A stretch of 64,000 nucleotides of DNA, taken from Dipteris shenzhenensis (lineage: Eukaryota). Shown here piece after piece: positions 12,221-24,224 of this stretch; positions within the stretch are counted from its first letter, which is position 1, and each line of letters opens with the position of its first letter. The translations under genes and the position numbers were made by a program. Location of the stretch: the NCBI GenBank assembly GCA_047967505.1, contig CM106538.1; one strand, 5' to 3'. The notes beneath the pieces are model-generated. The model did not search any database, was not told the DNA's origin, and was given only the letters and a program-made list of their open reading frames with translations.

Positions 12221-14609
12221 TTAACAAAACTCCTTGAATCTATTGTGCATGCAATAGGTTTAGGGGGGGTTAATCCCCTCCATTGCTTCTCACTTGAATG
12301 AATTTAATATTGTTTTCAGCCAACTTCAGGCTCAAAAGATGAATTTTGATGCAGAGACTAAGGCAATATTTCTCTTATGTTCATTGCCATCCTCATGGGA
12401 TACCTTCCATATAGCTATCAATAACTTTGCACTTGGTGGAGTACTGAAATTTGATGATGTTATGGCTAGCTTGTTGGCCGAGGAGATTAGATGAAAGTCT
12501 ATGGACAACAACAAGCAGGATGTTGCCTTAAATGTGCAAAGGGGCAAATCACAGCTCAGGGGGAAGTCCCAAGAAAGAGGGAAGTCTCGTAGCAAATCTA
12601 GGGCACAGAACATTAAGTGTTACCATTGTGGCAAGAAGGGCCATATGAAAAATTATTGCTACAAGCTGTAAAGAGAGCAAAAGGATAAGAAAAAGAATGC
12701 AAATTGGGGTGCAAATCAGAAGGGAGTCCAAGGGAGGACAAAGGAAAAGTGAAGATTGAGGAGATCAATGCAGTCACACATGATAGTGACAATGACATTC
12801 TCTTCATGTCTAGTTTATTTGCAGCTTACCACTTCAAATGATGCATATTCCTAGGATTGGATTTTGGATTCTGGTGGTTCATTCCATGTTACTCACTATA
12901 GGGAATGGTTCTCCACTTATGATAGTGGAAAGACAAGTTGTGTGCATCTTGGAAATGCCTATGCATGTGACATAGTGGAAGCAGGTGACAAAGTTTTCTT
13001 TTGCAAATGGGTCTGCATTTGTTTTGAAACATGTGAGACATGTGCCTAAGTTGATCAAGAGTCTTATTTCAGTGGGTCAGCTAGATGATGCTAGTTTTCA
13101 CACCACTTTTAGCTTTCACAGTTGGAAAATTCAAAAGGGCTCTATGCTTTTGGCTAGGGGTGCCAAGTGTGGGACTTTGTATCCCTTACATGTATCAGGG
13201 GTGTTTGATCATGTTGTTGAAATAACCAAGCAGCGAAGCACTTCTTTATGGCATTGCTTGTTGGGCCATATGAGCCAAAATGGGATGAAACTCTTATGCC
13301 ATTTGGGTTATGTACTGCATTTGAGTTTCTCTGATTTTGAATTTTGTGAGCACTATCTCTATGGGAAGCAGACTAAATCAGCCCATAAAAAAAGGGGAAA
13401 GAAAGAGTTTCAAAAGCTTGATTTGGTGCATTCAGACGTATGTGGTCCCATGCCTACACGGTCATTAGGCGGGGCTAAATACTATGTGACATTCATTGAT
13501 GATGCAACTAGGAAAGTGTGGGCTTATGCTATAGCTTGGAAGAGTGATGTATTCTAGGTATTTCAAAAATGGTTGGCCTTGGTTGAGAATCAGTCAGGTA
13601 GACTGCTTAAATGCCTACGAACTGACAATGGTGGAGAGTATCTCTCTCATGTCTTTCAGCATTTCTATAATACATGTTGGATTAAGAGGGAACTCACATC
13701 CCCTCATACTCCAGAGCAAAATCCACTTGCAGAAAAGATGAACCTACCATTCAAGAAAGGTTGCAATGCATGCTTTCCAATGCAAGTCTTTTCGGTGGTT
13801 TTTGGGCTGAGGCAATGAAGACTGCAGTGCATGTGATCAATAGATCACCTAGTAAGAGTTTGGATGGTGGTATTCCTAAAGAGGCATGGAGTGGCAAGAA
13901 GCCCTCTCACTCTCATTTGCACATATTTGGGTGTGAGGCATATGCACATGTGCTAAAAGAGCTTCAAAAGAAGCTAGATCCTAAGTCTAGGAAATGCATC
14001 TGTCTGGGTTATGGTGAAAGTGGAGAGATGGGCTATCGTCTCTAGGATCCAGAAGCAAAGAAGATCATACGTAGCCATGATGTAGTCTTCAATGAGAAGA
14101 AGATGCATAAGGTACCCATGAGGGATGTGGAAATGAGGAGAATCACTTTCCAGGATGTGAATCCACCTGCATATGTTGATAGATAGCAAGCTGTCCATGC
14201 ACCAAATGTGCAAGAAATGGTACCACCAAGTACTCCCACAGGTATACAATCAAGGGTAGATGATGGATCATCTATTGGTGGAAATGATGAGTCAAATGTG
14301 GCTGATATATAGGTGGGACAACAAGCTGAAATGCCCTCGAGAAGATCATCTAGAGTGTCTAGACCACCTGATAGGTTTGTTCTAGGGGTAGACTATGTGA
14401 TGCTTATTGATTGCAGGGAGCCTTCTTGCTACAGAGAGGCTATGACGTGCGAGGATCAACACAAGTGGGAGTATGCTATGCAATCAAAGATGAGTTCACT
14501 TATGAAGAATAAGACTTGGGGCTTGGTTTCTTTGCTACATGGAAAGAAAGCATTGCCATGTTAATGGGTCTACAAAATGAAGGTTATAGGTGATGATGTG
14601 CCTAGGTAC

Positions 14610-14963
14610 TGTGAAGATTGTGGGAGAGAGGGAAGGAGTCTCACTTGCGGCTTTCTCACATGCACAATGGGGGAATACACACAAAGGTGGAGGATGAAAA
14701 CAGTTTTCCTCTTCTTAGTTGTGAAAGCCAAAAGAACTCAAGTACCAAGAAATAGAAGAACCCTATATGTGGGTCTCAAACCAAACTCAACTAACTAAGG
14801 TGGCATACTAACTGAGCCACGAACTAGTGTGTAGATAAGGATAGCCATCATCCAGCTATTATTCGTGGGCGGTGTACCAACCGCATCTCCAGCTAACAAG
14901 TCGGTGACATAAATGCACAACAGTCACCCTGGCATATCGCGAGTGGAGCTCGATATCTCAACA
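14610..14963 (-). repeat. 3' LTR of copia B (354 bp)
   Basis: Matches 19062-19413 with about 8 substitutions and a 2-bp indel, counted by eye. Confidence 0.95.
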
Positions 14964-17900
14964 CTCCCCCTCGAGCTCAATCCCAATTCCTGCACACCAA
15001 GCAGGTCTCTCAACTTGCGCAGCTTCTCTGTGCCCAATGCTTTTGTGAAGATGTCAGCTACCTGATCCTCTGTGCTAACATAAACTAGATCAATAAGACC
15101 TAGTAACACTTTCTCCCACACATAGTGATAATGCACCTCAATGTGCTTTGTTCTAGCATGAAAGACTGGGTTCTTTGCCAAGTGTATACTGCTCATGTTG
15201 TCACAATAAATGACAACTGCCCCATCTGTAGACTGATGCATATCATAGAGTAGCTTATGCAACCAAGCTACCTCACATGCAGCCGTTGCTGCACCCCTGT
15301 ACTCAGCCTTTGTGCTTGACAAGGCAACTGTAGGCTGTTTCTTGCTGCTCCATAAAGACCTCTTCTTGCAAATCACCATGCAAGAAGGCATTCTTTACAT
15401 CCATTTGATGTAAAGACCATCCCTTTGATGCAGCCATAGCAATGGCTGCTCTTACGGTTGCCATCCTTGCAACCGGGCTGAAAGTTTCTTCATAATCAAT
15501 GCCATATGTCTGTGCATACCCCTTGACAGCTAATATTGCCTTGTATCTATTCACAGAATCATCTGCATTGTGCTTGATCTTATAAACCCATTTACAGCCA
15601 ATTGCATTCTTGTCTTTAAGCAAAGGCACCGATTCCCATGTAGCATTTGCATCCAAGGCATCCATTTCTTCATCCATGGCTTTCTCCCATTTTTCATTTC
15701 CCATGGCTTGCTCAAAAGAAGTGGGTTCTGGTTCCTGTATCATTTTGACCATATAGGCATAGTGAGTGGCTGTAAATCCATCATATTTCAGCCTATCCAT
15801 AGGATACCTGACCCTGGTAGACCTGTGCAAAATAGGCTCACTTCCAGGTGCTCTCAAAACATCCCTGGTCTTCCTTACTCCAGGTGTAACAACAGAAGGA
15901 ATACCCAACTCATCATCAATGCTCTGTTCTGAGCCACTGGATTCACCATCCACACAAGAGTGACCTGCATTCACATCAAACATGGGCTGATCTACCTCCT
16001 CTTTTCCTTTTCGTGATACCTGTGTACCACTCTCTGCATTGCTTTGAGGGGATTCTCCTGATCTCAATCTGCCTGTCCATGGCGAAGTATGTGAACCACT
16101 GGTAGAGGACACTCCAGGTCCACTAATATTTTGTGATTGCTGTTGTGCATTCTATGCAGCATTACCATTTTGTGCATCTACATCAATCATCACATTTACT
16201 GGTTTATACCAGCTGCTCATCTCATCAAAAACAACATCTCTGCTCACTGTGAACTTACGTGTAGAAGGGTTATAGCATCTATACCCTTTCTGCTATAGAG
16301 AATAACCAATAAAGATGCACTTCTCAGCTTTTGGATCCAACTTGGACCTTGGACCTCAACTCATCTGGCACATGGACATAGGCAATGCAACCAAAAATCT
16401 TCAAATGAGAAATATCTCGTTTCCTACCAGTATACATCTCCTCTGGCGTCATGCCATGTATTGATGCAGTGGGAGTCCTATTCATTATATAGACTGCTGT
16501 AGCAACTGCTTCAGCCCAATAATAATCTGGTAGATCTTTTTCATTTAGCATAGCCCGAGATACCTCTCCAATATGCCTGTTTTTTCTTTTTGCAATTCCA
16601 TTTTGCTGTGGGGTATGACTGCATGAATATTGCTGCTTTATACCATGCTCCTGCAAGAAACTTGTAAACTCATTTGAGAGGTACTCTCCCCCTCCATCTG
16701 ACCTTAGGCATTTTATTTGCAGGCCTGTTTCTTTTTCAACCATAGCTTTGAAAGCTTGAAGTGCCCAAACACTTCACTTTTCTTTTTCATAAAATACACC
16801 CACAGTTTTCTGTTGAAGTCATCAATAAATGTGACAAAATAGTGACAGCCTCCAATAGATGCAGCTTTTGTAGTCCACACATCAGAGTGGATTAATTCCA
16901 ATGGCTTTTTACTCTCTTGAACATGCCTAGGAAAAGGTTTCCTTGCCTGTTTCCCAAATTGACAGGCTTCACAAACCTTGTGCATTTTTGCAACCTTGAA
17001 TTTAGGCAATCCTCCTGCAACAATATTTTGGGCTTGCATTGATTTAAGTCACTGTATATTAACATGACCAATGCGTTTGTTCCAGATATCAATATGTGCA
17101 ACTACACCGGTCCCATGTGCAAACATTGCTGCACTCAATTCAGGCATGTCTGCATCCAACATAAACATCCTGCCCTTCTTCTTTCCTTTTGCTATCAAGC
17201 GACCATTATTTTTCATATCCTCAACAAAGCATCCATGAGGATTAAATCTGACCTGCAAGCCCTGCTCAACCATCTGACCAACAGAAACCAGGTTCTTGGT
17301 GATGTTCGGAACATGAAATACATCAGACAAGTATTTCTTTTTCCCATCCTGCATAGACAAAGGAATTTCGCCAATCTGCACAATAGGATGTACAGTATCG
17401 TCACCAGTCTCCACAAATCCTAGTTTTTCCATTTTTCTTGCATCCTGCATCCATTCAGCGTGACCTATCATGTGGTTTGACGCACCTGAATCAACATACC
17501 ACACATCATTGCTTTCTTCTGCACTTGTTACAGAATTTGTCATATGCTGCACCATAAACAAATGCTCATTTTTGTCATCACCCTTTCTACTAGAGGATGC
17601 ATAATTGCCTTGCTGCAATTTTCCATTCATAATGTCATTCTGCTTTTTGTAGCAGTCTTTAGCCATATGACCCATTTTGTGACAATAGTAGCATTCTACA
17701 TTGCTGTTTGCATTTTGGCCTCTCTGCCATCCACCACGGCCTCTTTGGCTCCCCCTGCCTCTAGAGTTACCACGTCCCCCTGCATAGGACTGGTTTTCTT
17801 GCATTTGCTGCATATTTTGATTTCTACCATGACCTGCAGATCGGCCTCCTCTACCTCTGCCTCTACCTCTGCCAGCATTTGAGTAGAAGACAGTTTCTTT

Positions 17901-18518
17901 TGAAGTTCCTGCTGAAGAAGATGCACCACCATTTCTCTGCTCTTCGGAAATTAGAAGAGCAATCAACTCCTCAAAATCAGGAAATTTTTCACGGACGGCA
18001 ATGGATGTCTGGAACTGTGCATAATCCTTTCCTAGACCATTCAAGGTCACAGAGACCAAATCATCATCATCCACTGGCGACCCAATGGAAGCAAGTGCAT
18101 CTGCAATTTTCTTCACTTTCATGTGGTAGTCATTTATGCTCAAATTTTCTCTCTGCACATTGTGCAACTCCTATTTGAGTTGCATTTTCCTGGCTTGCGT
18201 ATTTGTGCTATACATTTTTGCAAAAGTATCCCATGCCTCCTTTGGTGTATTTGCATCCTGAATATGCACAATCATGGAGTCCGAAATACTGATAGACAGC
18301 CAGTACATAACTTTCCTGGCTCTCTCATGCCATCCTTTAAATGCCTGCATTTCCTGTTGACTGGGAACATTAGGAAGAACAGGTTCTTCTTCATTTCCTG
18401 TAATGAACTCCCAATAGCCTTTTCCCATCAAGAAATTCGTCATTCTAAACTTCCATGCCTGGAAGTTGTTCTTGTCAAGCTTTTCAGTGACAATTTGTGA
18501 AAGAGAATCAGATGCCAT
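14964..18518 (-). pseudogene. Copia B gag-pol (gag, CCHC knuckle, protease, integrase, partial RT, RNase H)
   Basis: KLDKNNFQAWKF, CYYCHKMGHMAKDC, WYVDSGASNH, LIHSDVW, LRSDGGGEY, QMDVKNAFLHG, YCDNMSSIHLAKNPVFHARTKHIE; stops and frameshifts. Confidence 0.95.
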
Positions 18519-19049
18519 TATAGAGCACTGCAAAATATTCTGTCACTGCAAAAAACACAGTTTTTGCCTCACACGGGCAGATCTGCAAAACTGATGAAAG
18601 TGGTATTTCACGACACAGTCACTTCCTAGTGACGATTTTGCATCAACAGGCAACAAGCATGAATCTGCAACTCCCAATGTCTCTGCGCACAGGCATACGA
18701 TGCAATTTCTACGGCAACTTTTCACCGACCTGCAAAACAGTGGTCGCACAGCAAAAACAGGGCCTTTTTCTGAGCGCCTACGGAGAACTCCCGCCTCCAA
18801 AACGGGCCTCGAAATGACCTCGAATCAAAAAAATAAAGTCACCAAGGGCTTTCCCCTTACCCGCAGCATATAATGCCCTCTCGCCACACCGCGAAGGGTG
18901 TCTCAATCTGAGACAGTGCACTCTTGCACTTCCGACTGTGCTACCTGCAGAGATTTGCTCCCAAACTCAAAAAAGGAAAGCAACACTGGTCCTCTTACCA
19001 GGACACTGCGAACTTGGTTTGCTTTCTTGAGCTCCTTACCACGAACAAG

Positions 19050-19061
19050 GCTCTGATACCA
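19050..19061 (-). other. Primer-binding site (tRNA-iMet) of copia B
   Basis: Reverse complement tggtatcagagc abuts the LTR. Confidence 0.92.
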
Positions 19062-19413
19062 TGTGAAGATTGTGGGAGAGAGGGAAGGAGTCTCACTTGC
19101 GGCTTTCTCACATGCACAATGGGGGAATACACGCAAAGGTGGAGGCTGGAAACAGTTTTCCTCTTCTTAGTTGTGAAAGCCAAAAGAACTCAAGTACCAA
19201 GAAATAGAAGAACCCTATATGTGGGTCTCAAACCAAACTCAACTAACTAAGGTGGCATACTAACTGAGCCATGAACTAGTGTAGATAAGGATAGCTGTCA
19301 TCCAGCTATTATTCGTGGGCGGTGTACCAACCACATCTCCAACTAACAAGTCGGTGACATAAATGCACAACAGTCACCCTGGCATATCGCGAGTGGAGCT
19401 CGATATCTCAACA
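19062..19413 (-). repeat. 5' LTR of copia B (352 bp)
   Basis: Direct repeat of 14610-14963. Confidence 0.95.
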
Positions 19414-22400
19414 CTACAAGGCCTGTTTGGTCGCTAAAGGGTTCAAGCAAGAGAAGGGTGTGGACTTTGATGAGATATTCTCTTCGGTTGTGAAGATGAC
19501 CACACTTAGATGCATGCTTGGACTAGTGACAGTAGAAGATATGGAGCTTATGCAGATGGATTTCAAGACAACTTTCTTGCATGGGGATCTGCATGAGGAA
19601 ATTTACATGGTGCAACCATAAGGCTTTGAAGAAAAGGGCGAAGAGCATTTAGTTTGCAAGCTGAAAAAGAGTCTCTATGGTCTTAACCAAGCACCTAGAT
19701 GATGGTATCCGAAGTTTGATGCTTTCATTCGGTCCTAGGGTTTTAGAAGGAGTGAAATTGATCACAGCCTCTACTCTAAAAGGGCTAAGGATAATAGCCT
19801 AATAATTCTAGCACTATATGTGGATGATAAGCTATTGACTAGCAAGAATACTTATGATCTAGATGCATTAAAGGCCAAGTTGCATGAGGTCTTTGATATG
19901 AAGGATTTCAAACTTGCAGGCCATATTCTTGGTATGCGCATCATGCGTGATCGGAGTAGGAAACTCATTTGGCTTTCATAGAAGGAGTATGTTACAAAAG
20001 TATTGCAGCATTTCAATATGGAGGGGGGGAAGGCAGTGAGTACTCCATTGCCTCCATATGTGAAACTGAGTCATACAGATAGTCCCAAACTAGATGAGGA
20101 GAGGGCCATGATGGCCTAGGCTCCTTATGTTCAGGGTTCATCCACCTCGAGTTTTCATATCAGGACATTTGTTCCAAAAATCCTTGATGGGGTTACTAGG
20201 AAGTGGTATTACATCAAAATCATACGCATCATTGAAATTTGGCATGGGAGTGTGATTTGGATTATCTGGATCTCGATTTCTAGATCCAAATATTGGGTCC
20301 ATTTTTGCTGATGGCAGCACAAGTAGTGTCAGAGGTGATGGCGAGGCATGGAGAGAATCTAGGAACATGGGGGAGTAATATGGAAGAGTGTTAGTTGTGG
20401 GAGGGGAATCAAAGGGGAGGGAGGTAGGGAAGAACTGGGCAAATGGTTTGATCAGCTTGGTAATCCTTAGGGATAGGATTAGCAATGTAAGGAAAGAAAT
20501 TAGGTATGAGGGGATGGTAAGTTTGCGACTGTTGGGTTGGTTGAAAGTGTTGAAAGGCATGAGCAAAGAGACAATGAAGGGACTAGATATTTGGCTGGAG
20601 CTCAAGGAAGGTTAAGAGGGTGGTAGCAGTAAGGATAAGTAAGGTTATGAGATTGGCATAGAGAGTGGTTAGATATGGTAAGTTAGATGTGATATATGCC
20701 ATGTCATCCTATGACACATCTTTTTGCTGATGTGATGGGATCATCGGCTATTGCAAGGGTGGGATGTTGGTTATGTCATGCCCTGTAGGTAATAGTGATG
20801 GCTTTTGTAGTAGTTGCAACAAACCACAAATGAATATGAGGGGAGGAGTGCCCATGAGACATACATATGCGATGAAAGCATCCATCCTGAGTGCAGTAAT
20901 CCTGGCATGTGCAGACAGGCAGAAGATATTTTTTTCATTACTGAAGCTTGGATCTCCAAGCTAGATCCCCAACCTGATTGGCACTGCCCCAAGTTCTTTG
21001 ATGTAATCTTCTTGAAAGAATATCTCCGTGCACCTCCATGCCTAAGAAACCATCCCAAGTTCTATGCAGTTCCGTGACAGCACAGATGGGAGTCAACATA
21101 CACACTTTGGGTGAGGATTGCACCATTAATTGCCAATGATCGAGCCATTTTTTAGTGTAGAATGGAACATCCAAGGGACAATCACCTAAGCACTTCAACA
21201 ACATGAGACAACAATGCAAGGAAACATTGACCGCATCCTTCGACAAAGTGCTATCTTTTACAAAACCTTGGGATACATTCTAGAGGTCCCCAACCACATC
21301 AACCTCCATTTACCTACAGTCAATTTCAATCCCAATGGACATATTGATGCTTAGAATACAAGCATACTCTATCAAAGAGTCATCTTCTTAGAAGCACACC
21401 ACATATCTCTATTTGAACAAATGGTGGATATAGGCTTCATGGAAATAGAGCCAAATTGGTATGGTGCAAAGACACGCCACAAGTTCCACATCCACTGGAT
21501 TATGTGCATGGCATACCAACTCTGTGATCATAATAAGACAACCTGAGGATGGGTAATAAAATGGATATGGGGGTATGTTGACTCAACATGGACTTAAGTA
21601 GCATAGATTGTGTCTCTAGAGTAGTAGCAAAGCTCTGCTTGTACTTGCATAAGGCTAGGTATAACAAACCACAACAAGTGATCTAACCAAATAATAGAGG
21701 CTGAGCAGGAGGAATTAGGGTCAGTTCTTTTACACTGGCGCTTGAGAAAGGGACGAAAAGTATTCCAACAAATTTTCAAAAATTTCTTAGGGTCACGAAC
21801 TTTGTCTTGATGAAAGGGTCCTTTACTTCTGGCAAAACTAGGGTAGTACTCAAGCACTTAGATGAGTCAACATCCGAGAGCTTAATTTTGGAAAGATTGA
21901 AGAAAAATTCATTGGCTAAGAGATGCTTAGCTTGTAAAGCAAGGGTTTGGCAATGGTCCACCACTTTGGGAGCAAAACTACAAAAGAGTACTAGAGAGGT
22001 AATTGATTTTCAATAAAATTAGGAGTACTTCTAACTATGTGCATATTTGTGTGTGTGTGTGTGTTGCAAATTACTAAATAAAGAGATGTTATAACAGAGG
22101 ATAATTAACACATAGTACGAAGGAGAAGAATAAGAAATTTACTTTGACTTAAGGGTTAGAAATTTACTCATTAAATAAAGGCTTAAGCCAAAACAGTGTA
22201 ATACCTTAAACTAAACTAATGAAAAACGTAGTTAATGGTGTAGTCTAAAGTAGAAAATAGAGGGCTTATATGAATATATATATATATATATACACATATA
22301 TAACAGACAAGAAGTAGTGCCAAAGATAAGAGGACAAGCACGACAAACTACAGAGGCGAGAGGGTATATTGATTACATGCACAAAGCAAGTAAGCTATAG

Positions 22401-22565
22401 TTCCTAAGCAACATACTAAAAGAAGACAAAGCTAAAGGGTCAAAAGTGAAGAGAGACTATGAATAGCTGCCTACAACCAACCTGAGAACTTAGAGCAAAG
22501 AGTACGATCAATGCCATAGTTAAGTCAGTGGAAAAGTTTGAGAGTTTTCAATCAAGAGCATGCTT

Positions 22566-23185
22566 TGTTAGATATGCTCAATGCCCCACCCTCCTAGTAA
22601 CTAGTAGTGGTCCAAGGTGCTCAAGTTGTAAGGCCCCCATATGAGGAGAAGCCATGTGTGAGCTCGGGACACTAGATGGGATCTTGACTTGCACGTCAGA
22701 TGAGGTTTATCAATGAGACTATTGATGGTAGAAAGGTGATTGTGTGGAAGCTCCCTACTCTTGCTGGGGCCTAGGGGCCAACTGGCCCCCTTGGAGGGGG
22801 TTCGGGGGCGAGAGCCCCCGAGGCAATGGTATAGGGAATATTCCTTGAATATTTCATGGATGACTAGTCGGTTCCATCGACTAGGTTGATTGGTCGGTTC
22901 CACCGACTACGTTGATCCGACTACCGCCCTCATAGCTATAAAGAGGCAACCTCCCTAGTCCATTATATTAGATCAGTTCAAATCAGATCAAATATTTTAG
23001 CTAGTAGCTCTTCACCTAGTATCTATCTAGATCACCATCTAAGCTCCACTGTGAGAGCACATGGGTGGATGGAGCCATCATCTGTACTACGTCAGTATTG
23101 AAGGAAAATTTTGTTCCTCTCCAGTTTGCTGTGTACTCTCTATTCTTTGTTTAGTTTTTGTTCTGCTGCACCGTGTAATTTAACA
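22566..23185 (+). repeat. 5' LTR of copia C (620 bp)
   Basis: tgttagatatgc...aatttaaca followed by PBS tggtatcagagc; clearly diverged from the 3' LTR. Confidence 0.92.
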
Positions 23186-24224
23186 TGGTATCAGAGCCCA
23201 CCAAGCGGCTCTAAGGATCAAAGAGTAGAAGAGAGGCAAGGGCTTAAATAGCATACAGAGTGATGGCAACAGGAAGTGGCTCGAGTTTAATAGCTGTAGC
23301 TGCACCAGCTGCACTAACAATCTAGACGCTAAGAATTCACCCACCAGCCTTCACTAAAGGCAAGCTAGATGGTACAAACTACACTCTGTGGAAGTTTAAA
23401 ATTAATGTTATTCTAGATTCATATGAGCTTCTAGAGACAATACTGGGGACTAAGAACCACAAGGCACCCCTGACCCAGCAAATCCGGGGAGTATGATACC
23501 TTCTAATGTCAGCCTTCTATGAACTTGGAAACATAGGAATGTAGATGCTCTATGTGCCCTAGTTACAAGTACTACTGATAATGTTTTGACCTTGATTCAG
23601 CATACATCTAAGGCAATTGTGGCTTGGAACATATCGAAGAGTCAGTATGAGACGCGGAATCGGACAAGGAGAGGGTAGATGGAGCATTCACTGGGGCAGC
23701 CCACTCTCGAGTTGCGGGGCTCTTTTGGAGCCTCAGATGATCTCGGATGGCTCTAGGCCGAACGATAACCGTGGGTTAGTTGCTCTGTTTTGTGCACCGG
23801 TTCTATCGTATGGTCGGTGGCCTACCCCCAGTCGATCGTTTTGGGTGGACTAGGTCGGTCACCCAATTGAGCCTAACTGACTACGGCTGGTGGCTATATA
23901 AGAGCAAGCTCGTGAAGCCCATTTCATCACTGGCTATAGCAACCCTGATTCCTTAGCATCCAGCCTCCGTCTTCTACTATTTCCAGCATGCCATCGAAGC
24001 TTCTTTCATAGGAGTGCATGGTTGGGAGGCAGCGCCATCTATTGTATCAATTCTACAGTAATCAAAATTTTGATTCTCCATACGATCTTGTCTTCTCTCT
24101 TGTGTACGAGATCCTGTTATCTGTTGAGCATAGATGTTGTATTATTTTCTTACATGGTATCAGAGCCTAGACTTTGGCAAGAAGCTTTGGTAGTGTGTTT
24201 TTGTTTGGGAACAGATTGTGAAAC

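Larger units (their letters stand above)
14610..19413 (-). mobile_element. Copia element B with both LTRs, PBS and PPT; internal deletion in RT
   Basis: LTRs at 14610-14963 and 19062-19413 (TG...CA); PBS tggtatcagagc; PPT gagggggag; flanks gtac/ctac (imperfect TSD). Confidence 0.96.
12278..20129 (+). mobile_element. Copia element A: old, LTR-less, truncated at both ends, interrupted by B at 14610-19413
   Basis: gag (LNEFNIVFSQLQ), zinc knuckle, protease LDSGGSFH, integrase LVHSDVCGP and LRTDNGGEY, RT; many stops; colinear with A' at 31132-37031. Confidence 0.95.

Noticed and set aside
1566-12277. One giant TIR element from 1566 (AGGGATTTAA) to 12277 (reverse complement GGGGATTAAC) carrying the kinase and telomeric cassette
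   Set aside because: Only ~7 bp of terminal similarity, no TSD, and the two flanks belong to different repeats
11646-12301. Gly/Arg/Glu-rich and Pro/Ser-rich ORFs
   Set aside because: Translations of low-complexity purine/pyrimidine tracts
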